Positions 1-9,919 of a stretch of DNA of 64,000 nucleotides are shown in pieces. The DNA is from an uncultured Methanoregulaceae archaeon (lineage in GTDB: Archaea; Halobacteriota; Methanomicrobia; Methanomicrobiales; Methanospirillaceae), in assembly GCA_963841015.1 (NCBI GenBank), contig CAWJAX010000002.1, forward strand, positions 320,001 to 384,000, in the 5' to 3' direction. The notes below the pieces were generated by a model. The model made no database searches, was not told where the DNA came from, and saw nothing but the letters and a program-made list of their open reading frames with translations. The translations under genes and the position numbers were made by a program. The number at the start of each line of letters is the position of its first letter. Position 1 is the first letter of the stretch.

Positions 1-92
1 TTAGGAACAAATAATGCCGTTGACTTTCTGGACTTCCTGTTTTCTTAAAGGTGTGCGGCATCAGACCCCTGCTTCATCATGTATCTTCAGTG

Positions 93-114
93 GGGGTAAC
101 TTTCATCATTTGCC
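93..114 (+). repeat. 22-bp direct repeat, left copy (GGGGTAACTTTCATCATTTGCC), bounding accessory island
   Basis: Identical 22-mer at 93-114 and 6417-6438. Confidence 0.85.
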
Positions 115-487
115 ACGAAATGTATTAATATAAATTATCACATTAGTATATAAATATATGTTTTCTCAATCTTCTGGTTAACCGGGTATTATCCCCACTC
201 AGTTAAATATACCGTCGTATGCGATTACAATAATCCATAAATTCATGGCCAAATACTTTTTGCATTTATTCCTCCTCAGCTAGAACGATGGTTTAGTGGA
301 TGACAATCACGAATACTGCCAGCAGAACAACTATCAGGTTCAGTGTGTTGAGGCATGACGCAACAATTGTTGCATACATGTCCAAATACATGGGGGTCCT
401 ACTCAACCGGAATAATCCATCCATCTTGAGGCTGACGCATCTCGGTCATTAAGACAGGATTTTATATTACTATCATCAGTTTTTATT

Positions 488-1447
488 ATGAAACTGCATC
501 AGGTAAGCGAAAACTGCTTTGCGGTCGAAAACGAGAAGAACCGCGTGTGCGATGCGAGTTCAGGACTCATCAATCTGGGCGGCGGTGTGGTCATCGACAC
601 GCAATCCGATCTGTCTCACGCACGCCAGATGATTAAATTGTTCGGTAAGGTCTGGAAGGGCATGCCGAAGCGAGTCATCAACACGCACGAAGACGCTGAC
701 CACGTTTGGGGGAACCAGCTCTTTGAGGGTGCTGAAATCATCGCGCATCGAACGATGCCGGAACGCATGAAGCAAGTCGCCGACCCGGGGGAAATGCAGC
801 ATCTGCTCAAAGGTGCCGAGATTATCGGGAAAACCCATCCCGGCGTTCTGGCAATCGCCCAGCAGCTTCGGCAGGACTACAATTTCGATGGAATCAATTT
901 GGTGCTGCCAACGACCCTGTTCGATGAGCGATACACGCTGGATCTTGATGGCACGAAAGTTCACCTGATCTATGTCGGGGCGTGCCACCAACTCGGGGAC
1001 ACGATCGTTCACGTACCCAAGGAAGGGGTGGTGTTCGCTGGCGATGTGATCTTCACCGAATGTACTCCGAATGGCTGGATCGGCACCTACGACAAATGGC
1101 TCAAGTGTCTCGATCTCATCATCTCACTCAATCCAAAGGTCATTGTCCCGGGACATGGACCTATGTGCGGACCCGAAGGGGCGAAGGAGATGAAGGCATA
1201 TCTCGAATATGTACGCGAGGAATCACGACGGTGCTTCAAGAAGGGGCTGACCTCCCTGGAGGCTTCCAAGCAAATTGATCTCGGGGCATATGGCAAGTGG
1301 CATGCCCCGGCGAGACTCTACTTGAACGTCGAACGCGCCTACCGGGAGTTCCGGAAGGAACCGGCGGACGCACCCTGGGATAAAGCGATGAGCTTCGATT
1401 TGATCTGTGAAGTGGCAAAAGCAAAAGGGATCGAGGTCGAGTTCTGA
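488..1447 (+). CDS. MBL-fold metallo-hydrolase (cyclase-like)
   Basis: INTHEDADHVWGN metal-binding motif, FAGD, IVPGHG. Confidence 0.85.
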   Translation: MKLHQVSENCFAVENEKNRVCDASSGLINLGGGVVIDTQSDLSHARQMIKLFGKVWKGMPKRVINTHEDADHVWGNQLFEGAEIIAHRTMPERMKQVADPGEMQHLLKGAEIIGKTHPGVLAIAQQLRQDYNFDGINLVLPTTLFDERYTLDLDGTKVHLIYVGACHQLGDTIVHVPKEGVVFAGDVIFTECTPNGWIGTYDKWLKCLDLIISLNPKVIVPGHGPMCGPEGAKEMKAYLEYVREESRRCFKKGLTSLEASKQIDLGAYGKWHAPARLYLNVERAYREFRKEPADAPWDKAMSFDLICEVAKAKGIEVEF

Positions 1448-1755
1448 TCAGCTAACGGGGATCTGATGAATCCCCTGTCAGCCTCGGTATATCCCTTCCT
1501 GTATCATTTTTCGGGATCCTGTTCCGGGTCCCTCCGACCTTCACCTTATTGGAGACTCGGGATAGTCTTTTGCCATGTTTGAGCCTTTTTCATCCTCTCA
1601 AGGGAAATTATCGTATCAACCCTGATCTCGTTTGGGTACGTGTATCCCGCCCCATTAGTCATCCACGCTCGTCGGGTTCTCTTTGCGCCCTATCTCACAC
1701 CCGTGTGGTTGCATGCCAGGCTACCTTCAGTGCAATGGTCGATGAGGAATCGGGA

Positions 1756-2787
1756 CTACCTGTGGTACTTCTGCAATGTCTCGCGCACCGGCCAGCGGCT
1801 CGGTAGTAACTTACCTGCTGGTTCGGCGAAACGGCAATGGAGTGTTCCGAGTCGCTCGAACGTGATCTGAATCTCGGTACCTGGGTCGATGAAGTTGTCG
1901 TGGTCAAGGCCAGTACAGTCAGGAATGGTACCCATACCCATCACCGAGCCGGGTTTGAGTGGAGCGATGAACTTCAACCAGGCAAATACGTCTTCGGCTT
2001 TGTTGCTGATCTCGGATGTTGACCCCTGGAACTTAACGTGCCCATTCACCAGAACCGTCACCTTGAGGTTGTATGGATCGCCAACTTCATCGGGCGTAAG
2101 CAGGTAAGGCCCGAGTTGGTTACCCTTCGCCATGTCTTTCGTCAGGCAGAATCCACCGATGAACTCCGGGGCCTGAACATCGCGGGCCGAGATGTCGTTG
2201 AAGATGCAGAATCCCGCCACCGGTTGCATTTCGTTCCCATATACGACGGCCAGTTCAGGTTCGATGTCCAGCCGTGACGTGTAAGACGGCCAGGGAATGG
2301 TTTGCCCGTCGCCGACAATGGTGTTCATGTTGCATTTATAATAGGACAGCTGATCGGGTTGACCAGGAGGGGACTTGGGTTTCGGGGCCAGGATGGCTTT
2401 GGAAAACGCCATCAACAGCGGTGCGGTCTGCGGGTTATCCTTCTCATACTTCATGATGGTTTCGGTAGAGTTCTTGATATGCCGCGGCGTCAGACCAAAG
2501 TCGAACAGGGCTGCAACCTCCACCGGCTCCAGCAGTCTGACGGAGTTGAGAGAGAAGCGTTCACCATCACCAAGTTCTTTGAGATGTTGTTCACCCCAGG
2601 CAAACATCTTCTTTGCCATACTCTCGCTCTCGGGCAGATTGACAAGGTAGGATCGGCTGTCAGCCAAATGAGGGGAGGACAATCCCGCTTTGCTTTGCAG
2701 CACAGAAAACGGGACCGCCTGGTCTTGGATGACGACGCCAAAATAAGGGATCGGCGAATCGGCAGTGGTGAATCGGATCAGTTTCAT
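1756..2787 (-). CDS. Fumarylacetoacetate hydrolase family protein
   Basis: LDIEPELAVV, FNDISARD, LGPYLLTPDE, MGTIP motifs of the FAH fold. Confidence 0.85.
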   Translation of the reverse strand: MKLIRFTTADSPIPYFGVVIQDQAVPFSVLQSKAGLSSPHLADSRSYLVNLPESESMAKKMFAWGEQHLKELGDGERFSLNSVRLLEPVEVAALFDFGLTPRHIKNSTETIMKYEKDNPQTAPLLMAFSKAILAPKPKSPPGQPDQLSYYKCNMNTIVGDGQTIPWPSYTSRLDIEPELAVVYGNEMQPVAGFCIFNDISARDVQAPEFIGGFCLTKDMAKGNQLGPYLLTPDEVGDPYNLKVTVLVNGHVKFQGSTSEISNKAEDVFAWLKFIAPLKPGSVMGMGTIPDCTGLDHDNFIDPGTEIQITFERLGTLHCRFAEPAGKLLPSRWPVRETLQKYHR

Positions 2788-2818
2788 AATGGCATTTCCT
2801 CACTGTTTCTATACTGGT

Positions 2819-2888
2819 TCAGTATTCGACTTCCATCTCTTTCGGCATTTGCAACCTGGTAGATGGCATCGAAAGTTCCTGCTGTATC
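2819..2888 (-). pseudogene. 3' remnant of a paralogue of the 488-1447 MBL hydrolase
   Basis: Reads DTAGTFDAIYQVANA(+1 nt)..MEVEY* versus DKAMSFDLICEVAKAKGIEVEF* at the end of 488-1447. Confidence 0.6.
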
Positions 2889-3095
2889 GATGAGCGTCAT
2901 AGGGTACTGGAAATTAACGGTCATAGTTGGTCACGGTTAATGTGCTTTTAATTCAATATATTTACTTTTCTGTTTAACAAAGTCGAGAATAACATCAGCC
3001 GTTGTCACGGGCAGAATGCACCAAAAATAATCATTGGGATCATACACACCCCACACCATACTTTTGCATCGTGTTCGTTGCTGGTGATCCTGATA

Positions 3096-4241
3096 CTACT
3101 CGAGTGGGATGAGTGCGTCAGCCCACCAATCCGGGGGTATTTGCGCGACGGGCGTGTAGACGATACGCTGCTCACCTGGGATCGGTGGCAACTGGTCAAA
3201 AGCCTTTACCTGGCGAGCGACCACGGCTTCTTTCGTCATGTTGAATATCGTGAGATCCTGGGTCTGGACAACGGGGCCGGTATACACCTCACGAAGCTCT
3301 GAGAAGACCATGGGGATGATCTGGGGTGAGAGAAGCGTATGCCAGAGACCAGCCATACGCGGCTTTACGAGTCCGAACACCTTGCCAGCGGCCTTTGGCG
3401 TGGTGTGGGCGGCATTGAGCGCCATCGTCACCCGCTCAATGGAGAGACCCGAAGCGGCAGCGAGTGCCGCAGCGGGCGGAAAGCACTCGTGAATGAGCAA
3501 GTCGACGCTGCCTTTACAGGCACGCACGAGTGGCCAACACGCCAGAGTATCGCCCGAGAAAACGAACGACAGACCAGCGAAATCGATGCGATAGCCGACA
3601 GCACCGCTGAGCGCGTGGATGACGGGAAACGAGGTAATCTTCACGCCATTCTCCTCGTAGGCCACCAGGGTTTGGCTGAAGTCGAACTCGGACACCACGA
3701 TCCTCATACTGTCCGGATTGATAGGGCCACGCCCGGCTTCGGTGTCCCACACAAGTGCTTCCTCGATTGATTCGGCAAAGTGCTTCGTGCCAAGGCGAGG
3801 TTCGGTCCCACTGGGTCCCCACAGGTAAATCGGACCGTCAGCCCGGCCAACCTTTGCGAAGCTACCGACAAGAGTGATGAGATCACCCATGTGGTCAGCG
3901 TGCAGGTGAGTCAGAAACACCTTGTTGAGCTTGTTGACCGGCAGCTTCAGACTCGCGTAGTTCGCGAGGGAGCCGCTACCGAGATCGAAAACCAGGAGGT
4001 CACGCTCGGCATTACCAACTTCGACGAGGATGCTGGCTGCGGCCTGGCCTCGCGTCACCCAGGGGTTGCCGCTACCGAGCACCGTCACTCGCATCTCGCC
4101 GTCCTCGACCTTCTCTTCACCGGGGATGAACATCTCCGCGTACTTCCGTCGCGGGGTGCCCACAACCGGAGTCATGGTGATCGCCTTCGTTCCGCCCGCA
4201 AATACTGGCACCGGCAGGGATTGGGATTTGCCGGTCGTCAT
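3096..4241 (-). CDS. MBL-fold hydrolase, RNase Z/arylsulfatase-like
   Basis: VLGSG, FDLGSG, THLHADH (HxHxDH), VIH, FSGDT, LIHE, AHT motifs. Confidence 0.85.
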   Translation of the reverse strand: MTTGKSQSLPVPVFAGGTKAITMTPVVGTPRRKYAEMFIPGEEKVEDGEMRVTVLGSGNPWVTRGQAAASILVEVGNAERDLLVFDLGSGSLANYASLKLPVNKLNKVFLTHLHADHMGDLITLVGSFAKVGRADGPIYLWGPSGTEPRLGTKHFAESIEEALVWDTEAGRGPINPDSMRIVVSEFDFSQTLVAYEENGVKITSFPVIHALSGAVGYRIDFAGLSFVFSGDTLACWPLVRACKGSVDLLIHECFPPAAALAAASGLSIERVTMALNAAHTTPKAAGKVFGLVKPRMAGLWHTLLSPQIIPMVFSELREVYTGPVVQTQDLTIFNMTKEAVVARQVKAFDQLPPIPGEQRIVYTPVAQIPPDWWADALIPLE

Positions 4242-4589
4242 TTTGCACTCCTCGCGCTTTCAATTCGGTTTCGGTTGTTTATTATAAGGATCAATCGATT
4301 TCGAATTTTTACCACCTGTGTTTTCCAATAATAATCACTTTGGACGTTATTATTTGATTTGATTGTCGACCTAATGAAATGAACATGCTTTCATTTAACC
4401 AATGGAAAAAAATGAAGGGAGTGAATGGATTACGCCCATCTCCGCAAGAACTATGATACGATCAATGTTAACCCGAATGTGATCAAGGCTATCGCAACTA
4501 ATCTAATGCCGCGATCACGAGCTAGGATTGAACAGCGCAATAATTCTTCATATTACTGCGATAATACTGATGATTATGGTTGCAAGAAT

Positions 4590-6296
4590 ATGACCAACAT
4601 TCAGGAAAAGGGGGCCGGAAGTAAGGTCAAGAGTCTGTTCCCAATTCTGACGTGGCTGCCGAACTATAACTGGAAAAACATTCGCTTCGACTTGATTGCG
4701 GGCATTGTGATCGCAGGCCTGATAATTCCCGAATCGATGGGCATTGCTGGTGTGGCAGGGGTCGAGCCACAGCACGGTCTTTATGCCATTCTTATTGCAC
4801 TTTTTCTCTATGCCATCTTCGGTTCCGGACGTCGCTCGGTGGTTAGTGTACCGAGCGCTATGGCTCTTTTAACCGCCTCGGCCATCGCCACCCTCGCCCT
4901 TACAGCATACGAGGATGTGCTAGCGGCGGTCGTCACCATCACTTTCCTCACTGGCCTGATTCTCTTAATCATGGCGGTTTTGCGCCTCGGATTGCTAGCT
5001 AATTTCATTTCCTATCCGGTCATGAAAGGGTTCCTGTTCGGCCTCGCATTGACTATCATCATTGGTCAGGTGCCTAAGCTGTTAGGCGTAGCAAAAGGTG
5101 AAGGAAACTTCTTCGAGCAACTGTGGAGTATTATCGGTTCGCTTAGCCAGACCAGTCAGGTTACCCTGGCCCTGTCCATTATCGCGGTGATTATCCTCTA
5201 CGTGCTGGAAGAGCGTTTCAGGAAGATCCCCGGTGTGCTGGCGCTCTTTATCATTGGCCTTTGCGCCTCATATCTTTTGAATTGGGAGTCCATTGGGGTT
5301 GCATTGGTGGGATTCATCCCTGCAGGGCTGCCTGCGTTTTCCGTCCCGCAGATGAACCCTGATCTGATATTCCTTGTCATCCCTGCCTCCATTGGCATCG
5401 CCTTTGTATGCTTCTCGGAATCTGTGTCCATCGGAGATGAGGCGGCAGAGAAGCACAATGAAGAGGTGGATCCCAACCAGGAGTTAATTGCCGTGGCGGC
5501 CACCAATATCGGCTCGAGCTTTGCCCAAGGTATAGGGACGGGAGTGAGCATGTCTGCCACTCACGTGGGTGACAATAGTGGCTCCAGGTCACAAATGACC
5601 CTCATTATCGCAGGCCTGACGGTATTGGTCACTTTACTCTACCTGACCGGCGTATTCTACTATCTTCCTGAGTTCATTCTGGGCATCATCGTCATCTTCG
5701 CAGTCAAGGGGGCCCTGAAGGTAAGGCTGATTGCAAGCTATTATGGGACACAGCGAATCGACTTCTATTGCGCCATACTAGCATTGTTCGGGGTACTGGT
5801 CTTCGAGGTGCTGGTAGGCTTAATGTTAGCAGTCATCATCGCCATCGGTCTGGTCATCCTGAGAATTAGCAACGAACAAGGCTCCCTGCTCGGACAGATG
5901 CCAGATGGCCGGTTCATGGATCTCAGCCTGCATCCGGAGGCCAGGGAGATAGAGGGAGTGAAAATCCTCCGGCTGAACGTCACCATGTTCTATGCCAACG
6001 CACCCGTGATAAAGACACGCTTGTTGAACCTGATTCGAGAGGAACCGCGGCCGAAGTTATTTATCATAGACATGGAAGCCCACTACATCCATCTCGACAT
6101 CAGCTCAGTTCGCGTCCTTGAAAAAGTGGTAAAGGAAGCACAGGATCAGAATGTGCAGGTGACGTTCGTTGGAGTGAATACCGTGACGATGAGCGACATG
6201 GAGAAACAGGGACTGGTTGCTTTGGCTGGCAGGGATCGTTTCAAGGACACCATCCAGGAGGCTCTACGTGACGCGGGGGCAGTCATCTCCGTGTAA
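4590..6296 (+). CDS. SulP/SLC26 family anion permease with C-terminal STAS domain
   Basis: DLIAG...IPESM, GLY, NQELIA motifs, many TM segments, STAS (FYANA...LDISS); start taken at ATG 4590. Confidence 0.9.
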   Translation: MTNIQEKGAGSKVKSLFPILTWLPNYNWKNIRFDLIAGIVIAGLIIPESMGIAGVAGVEPQHGLYAILIALFLYAIFGSGRRSVVSVPSAMALLTASAIATLALTAYEDVLAAVVTITFLTGLILLIMAVLRLGLLANFISYPVMKGFLFGLALTIIIGQVPKLLGVAKGEGNFFEQLWSIIGSLSQTSQVTLALSIIAVIILYVLEERFRKIPGVLALFIIGLCASYLLNWESIGVALVGFIPAGLPAFSVPQMNPDLIFLVIPASIGIAFVCFSESVSIGDEAAEKHNEEVDPNQELIAVAATNIGSSFAQGIGTGVSMSATHVGDNSGSRSQMTLIIAGLTVLVTLLYLTGVFYYLPEFILGIIVIFAVKGALKVRLIASYYGTQRIDFYCAILALFGVLVFEVLVGLMLAVIIAIGLVILRISNEQGSLLGQMPDGRFMDLSLHPEAREIEGVKILRLNVTMFYANAPVIKTRLLNLIREEPRPKLFIIDMEAHYIHLDISSVRVLEKVVKEAQDQNVQVTFVGVNTVTMSDMEKQGLVALAGRDRFKDTIQEALRDAGAVISV

Positions 6297-6416
6297 TGAC
6301 GCACATCAGATATTCAATAGCATTTTCAATTTTGTCTGCTGTCTGGTATAAAAAGCGCGTCTATTCCAGTTGTCTCATTTATAAAAAATACATAGTTACT
6401 CCCTCTAAAACTAGAT

Positions 6417-6438
6417 GGGGTAACTTTCATCATTTGCC
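6417..6438 (+). repeat. 22-bp direct repeat, right copy, overlapping hairpin 6394-6425
   Basis: Identical to 93-114; AGTTACTCCCTCTA-AAAC-TAGATGGGGTAACT imperfect stem-loop. Confidence 0.85.
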
Positions 6439-6570
6439 GCACCCGACTGGTTCTTTTTTCTTTTCAGGAAGATATAGATTATCCAGAACATAAAACAAAA
6501 GGGTCAAACCTGTTTTTTAATCCGGAAATAATCCAATGCAATTAATACCGATGGCGTAGAGGTTAGTGAG

Positions 6571-7695
6571 ATGAAAAAGAACCTGCTGATGTGGGATGAA
6601 ACACTCTTCCGCGACCCCGAGGTACTGGAGATTGATTACGTTCCCGAGCAGTTCGAATTCAGGGACACCCAGATGCGCGAACTGGCTTTCCAGATCCGTC
6701 CCGGCCTTCGCGGAGGGAGACCGCTCAATACGGTCTGCAAAGGGTTGCCCGGGACAGGAAAGACCACAAGTATCCGGAAACTGTTTGCAGAGATCGAGGA
6801 AACGACAAAAAAACTTGTTCCGGTGTACATCAACTGCCAGATCGATAATACGAAATTTGCAATCATATCACAGATTTACAAAAAGCTCGCCGGGCATCTG
6901 CCCCCGTCATCCGGCACATCCTTTAAGCAGGTGTTTGATGCCGTTGCCCGCATCCTGATAAAAGAGGAAATTGTGCTGCTTGTCGCGCTCGATGATGCTA
7001 ATTATCTCCTCTATGAAAACGAGATAAACAAGGTGCTCTACACCCTGCTCCGGTCCCACGAGACCTACGAGGGGACACGAATAGGTGTGATCGTTATAGT
7101 AAGCGATCTTGATGTGGACCTCACCCGCGCAGTCGATGCTCGTGTCGCGTCGGTTTTTCGTCCTGCCGAGATCTATTTTCCTCCCTATGATAATGTCGAA
7201 ATACATGAAATAATGAAAGCAAGGGTCATTCAGGGTCTTTTCCAGGGTGTTCTGAGCGAAGAATTGCTGAATCTCGTTGTTGAACAGACCCTTAAAAATG
7301 GGGATCTTCGGGTAGGAATTGATCTTTTAAAAAGGGCGACGCTCAGTGCAGAACGTTCAGCCCGGCGCTCTATCGGGCGGGAGGATATCTGCGGTGCCTA
7401 TGAGGTCTCAAAGTACCTTCATCTTTCCTATACGTTAAAAACACTCAAGGATGAAGAGCGGCTGATTCTCAAATCCTTTGCAGAAAGAAGCGCAAAAGAA
7501 CATGAGATGAACGCAGGTGAAGTGTACAAATCCATCCGGGAATCCCTGTCAATCGGTTACACCCGCTTCTATGAGATCATAAAAAAAATGGATGCAATGC
7601 GGCTGATAAACCTGCAGTACCGTGATGGAAAAGGCAGAACCCGGATCATAACCCTGCGGTACGACCCGGCAAAGGTCCTCGAATATCTCGCGTGA
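6571..7695 (+). CDS. cdc6: ORC1/Cdc6-type DNA replication protein
   Basis: DYVPE..FRD, Walker A GLPGTGKT, Walker B-like ALDD, GDLR, C-terminal winged helix with GKGRTR. Confidence 0.92.
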   Translation: MKKNLLMWDETLFRDPEVLEIDYVPEQFEFRDTQMRELAFQIRPGLRGGRPLNTVCKGLPGTGKTTSIRKLFAEIEETTKKLVPVYINCQIDNTKFAIISQIYKKLAGHLPPSSGTSFKQVFDAVARILIKEEIVLLVALDDANYLLYENEINKVLYTLLRSHETYEGTRIGVIVIVSDLDVDLTRAVDARVASVFRPAEIYFPPYDNVEIHEIMKARVIQGLFQGVLSEELLNLVVEQTLKNGDLRVGIDLLKRATLSAERSARRSIGREDICGAYEVSKYLHLSYTLKTLKDEERLILKSFAERSAKEHEMNAGEVYKSIRESLSIGYTRFYEIIKKMDAMRLINLQYRDGKGRTRIITLRYDPAKVLEYLA

Positions 7696-7762
7696 CGCCG
7701 GATCAGTTTGAAAAATATTATCTGTTCCCAGACCCTCTTTTATGATGCAGGGGTTTTTGTAA

Positions 7763-8710
7763 ATGTTGAGTGTTAATGAACTGGCACTGGAAATATTTGA
7801 GAATTTAGCCGAAATTCCAGAGGAATTCAATTGTAGCTACCATGAACTGGATAACGGGGCACGCATTGTAGATTGCGGTGTAAGTACCTCCGGGGGTTAT
7901 GCAGCTGGTCGCGCATTCACCGAGATTTGTATGGGTGGACTGGGAGAGGTCAACTTCCGGATGGGGCACATCAGGGAATTTCCCATGCCGTTTATAGAAG
8001 TTATGACGGATTTTCCCTCAATCTCATGCCTTGGTTCACAGAAAGCAGGATGGACCGTCAAAGTCGGCAATTATTTTGCAATGGGCAGCGGCCCTGCACG
8101 GGCACTCTCTCTCAAACCAAAACATACGTTTGAAGTGATTGAATACGAGGACGATTTTGACTGGGCTGTTATCTGCCTGGAAAGCGATCACCTCCCGAAT
8201 GCCGAAGTCATGACGAAAATTGCACAGGACTGCAATGTGGATGTAGCAAATGTCTGTGCTGTTGTTGCTCCTACCTCTTCGATGGTTGGTTCAATACAGG
8301 TTTCCGGACGTTGCGTTGAGACTGCAATCTATAAGCTGAACGAGCTCGGATTTGATACACGGAAGGTCATCGCCGCTATGGGAACTGCACCTGTCCCGCC
8401 GGTCAGGGGCGCAAAGCTTGCCATGGGTGTTACCAACGACGCCACCATCTATCATGGCAGGATCAATCTCACGATGAATGCTCCCGAGATAAAGGACTAT
8501 CTTGAGAAGATCCCGAGCAGCAAATCCAAGGGATACGGCAAACCATTCAACGATATCTTCAAGGAAGCAAACTATGACTTCTACCAGATAGACACTTCAC
8601 TTTTCTCACCTGCAGAGGTTGTCATAAACGAGCTGTCATCAGGGACTGTATACCATGTCGGTGCTGTGAACACGGATGTGACACTGAAGTCGTTTGGATT
8701 CATGAAATAA
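7763..8710 (+). CDS. mch: Methenyltetrahydromethanopterin cyclohydrolase
   Basis: MLSVN start, ICMGGLG, LGSQKAGW, GSGPARAL, SGRCVET, TNDA, FSPAEV. Confidence 0.97.
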   Translation: MLSVNELALEIFENLAEIPEEFNCSYHELDNGARIVDCGVSTSGGYAAGRAFTEICMGGLGEVNFRMGHIREFPMPFIEVMTDFPSISCLGSQKAGWTVKVGNYFAMGSGPARALSLKPKHTFEVIEYEDDFDWAVICLESDHLPNAEVMTKIAQDCNVDVANVCAVVAPTSSMVGSIQVSGRCVETAIYKLNELGFDTRKVIAAMGTAPVPPVRGAKLAMGVTNDATIYHGRINLTMNAPEIKDYLEKIPSSKSKGYGKPFNDIFKEANYDFYQIDTSLFSPAEVVINELSSGTVYHVGAVNTDVTLKSFGFMK

Positions 8711-8840
8711 TTTTTTTTAACAATTTTTTTGTTCCATGTTTTGGTGATCAAGCGGATCCGGTTTACCAGCACCTTCACTCCGCTTACCAATTGCCGTATA
8801 ATACAGGAGATCCATATATCTGTTCAGGAGTCTCCGCGGA

Positions 8841-9314
8841 ATGATTGTTATCGGGATCGACCCCGGGCTTGCACGACTGGGGTATGGAGTAATCGAAGTA
8901 ATTAAAGGGGACATACGGATGGTTACGTATGGATGTATCGAAACCTCGGGTAAGGATCTCCGCGCTTCAGAGAGATTATTAAAAATATATACTGCAGTCG
9001 AAGCACTTTTTGAGAAATACCAGCCTTCTCATGTTTCCCTTGAAAAATTATTCTTTACAAAGAACATCACATCTGCAATGGGCGTAAGTGAAGTACGCGG
9101 GATTATCCTTCTCGCTGCTGAACAGCGGACTATCCCGATCGCTGAATATACCCCAAATCAGGTTAAGCAGGCCATCACCGGGTCCGGGCGTGCAGATAAA
9201 CGCCAGATGCAGGATATGATTACAAGACTTCTCAGGTTGAATGAAATTCCCACTCCCGATGACGCTGCCGATGCCCTTTCGATTGCCTTATGCCATATCC
9301 ATATCCTGAGATAG
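8841..9314 (+). CDS. ruvC: Holliday junction resolvase RuvC
   Basis: IGIDPGLARLGYG, EYTPNQVKQA, DDAADAL. Confidence 0.95.
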   Translation: MIVIGIDPGLARLGYGVIEVIKGDIRMVTYGCIETSGKDLRASERLLKIYTAVEALFEKYQPSHVSLEKLFFTKNITSAMGVSEVRGIILLAAEQRTIPIAEYTPNQVKQAITGSGRADKRQMQDMITRLLRLNEIPTPDDAADALSIALCHIHILR

Positions 9315-9318
9315 TACA

Positions 9319-9915
9319 ATGATCGCACATCTCCGTGGTAAACCAGTTCTGACTGGTGACAGGTGGGTAGTAATCGAGGTCGGGGGCATCGGGTACCAGG
9401 TGCAGGTAACCCAGCCTGCACTTCAGTTACTGGCGCACACGACAGAACCGGTAAAACTTTTTACGTTTATGGCGGTCCGTGAGGATGCGATAACACTCTA
9501 CGGTTTCATGCACCAGAGCGAACTGGAGATGTTCAGGATCCTGATCGGGGTGAGCGGGATTGGTCCCCAGATTGCCATGAACATCCTTTCCCAGATCAGC
9601 ATTGAGGATTTTGCTTTGGCGATCCTGAATGAGGATGAAAAAGCACTTACCAGGATCTCCGGCATTGGCACCAAGAGCGCGAAACGGCTTATCCTTGAAC
9701 TGAGGGACAAGATGAAAAGAATCAGCGAAACGATGGTAGCAGGGGATGCAGGCAGGGCCAGCCCGGCTGTTCATGACGCTGTAAGCGCACTTGTCTCCCT
9801 CGGGTTTTTAGAAAAAGAATCAAGAGATGCAGTCAATGCTGCGGCGCTCGTCATGAAAAACCCCACGGTACAGGAACTCATCAAAACCGCACTCATAAAA
9901 ATGAAGGAACGCTGA
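9319..9915 (+). CDS. ruvA: Holliday junction branch migration protein RuvA
   Basis: [17 protein letters not shown], HhH motifs VSGIGP/ISGIG, ALVSLGF. Confidence 0.95.
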   Translation: MIAHLRGKPVLTGDRWVVIEVGGIGYQVQVTQPALQLLAHTTEPVKLFTFMAVREDAITLYGFMHQSELEMFRILIGVSGIGPQIAMNILSQISIEDFALAILNEDEKALTRISGIGTKSAKRLILELRDKMKRISETMVAGDAGRASPAVHDAVSALVSLGFLEKESRDAVNAAALVMKNPTVQELIKTALIKMKER

Positions 9916-9919
9916 TGTC

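Noticed and set aside
6297-6570. Replication origin (ORB boxes) upstream of cdc6
   Set aside because: Only weak partial matches (TTCCAGT; AAACAAAAGGG), with no repeated ORB elements around an AT-rich unwinding region
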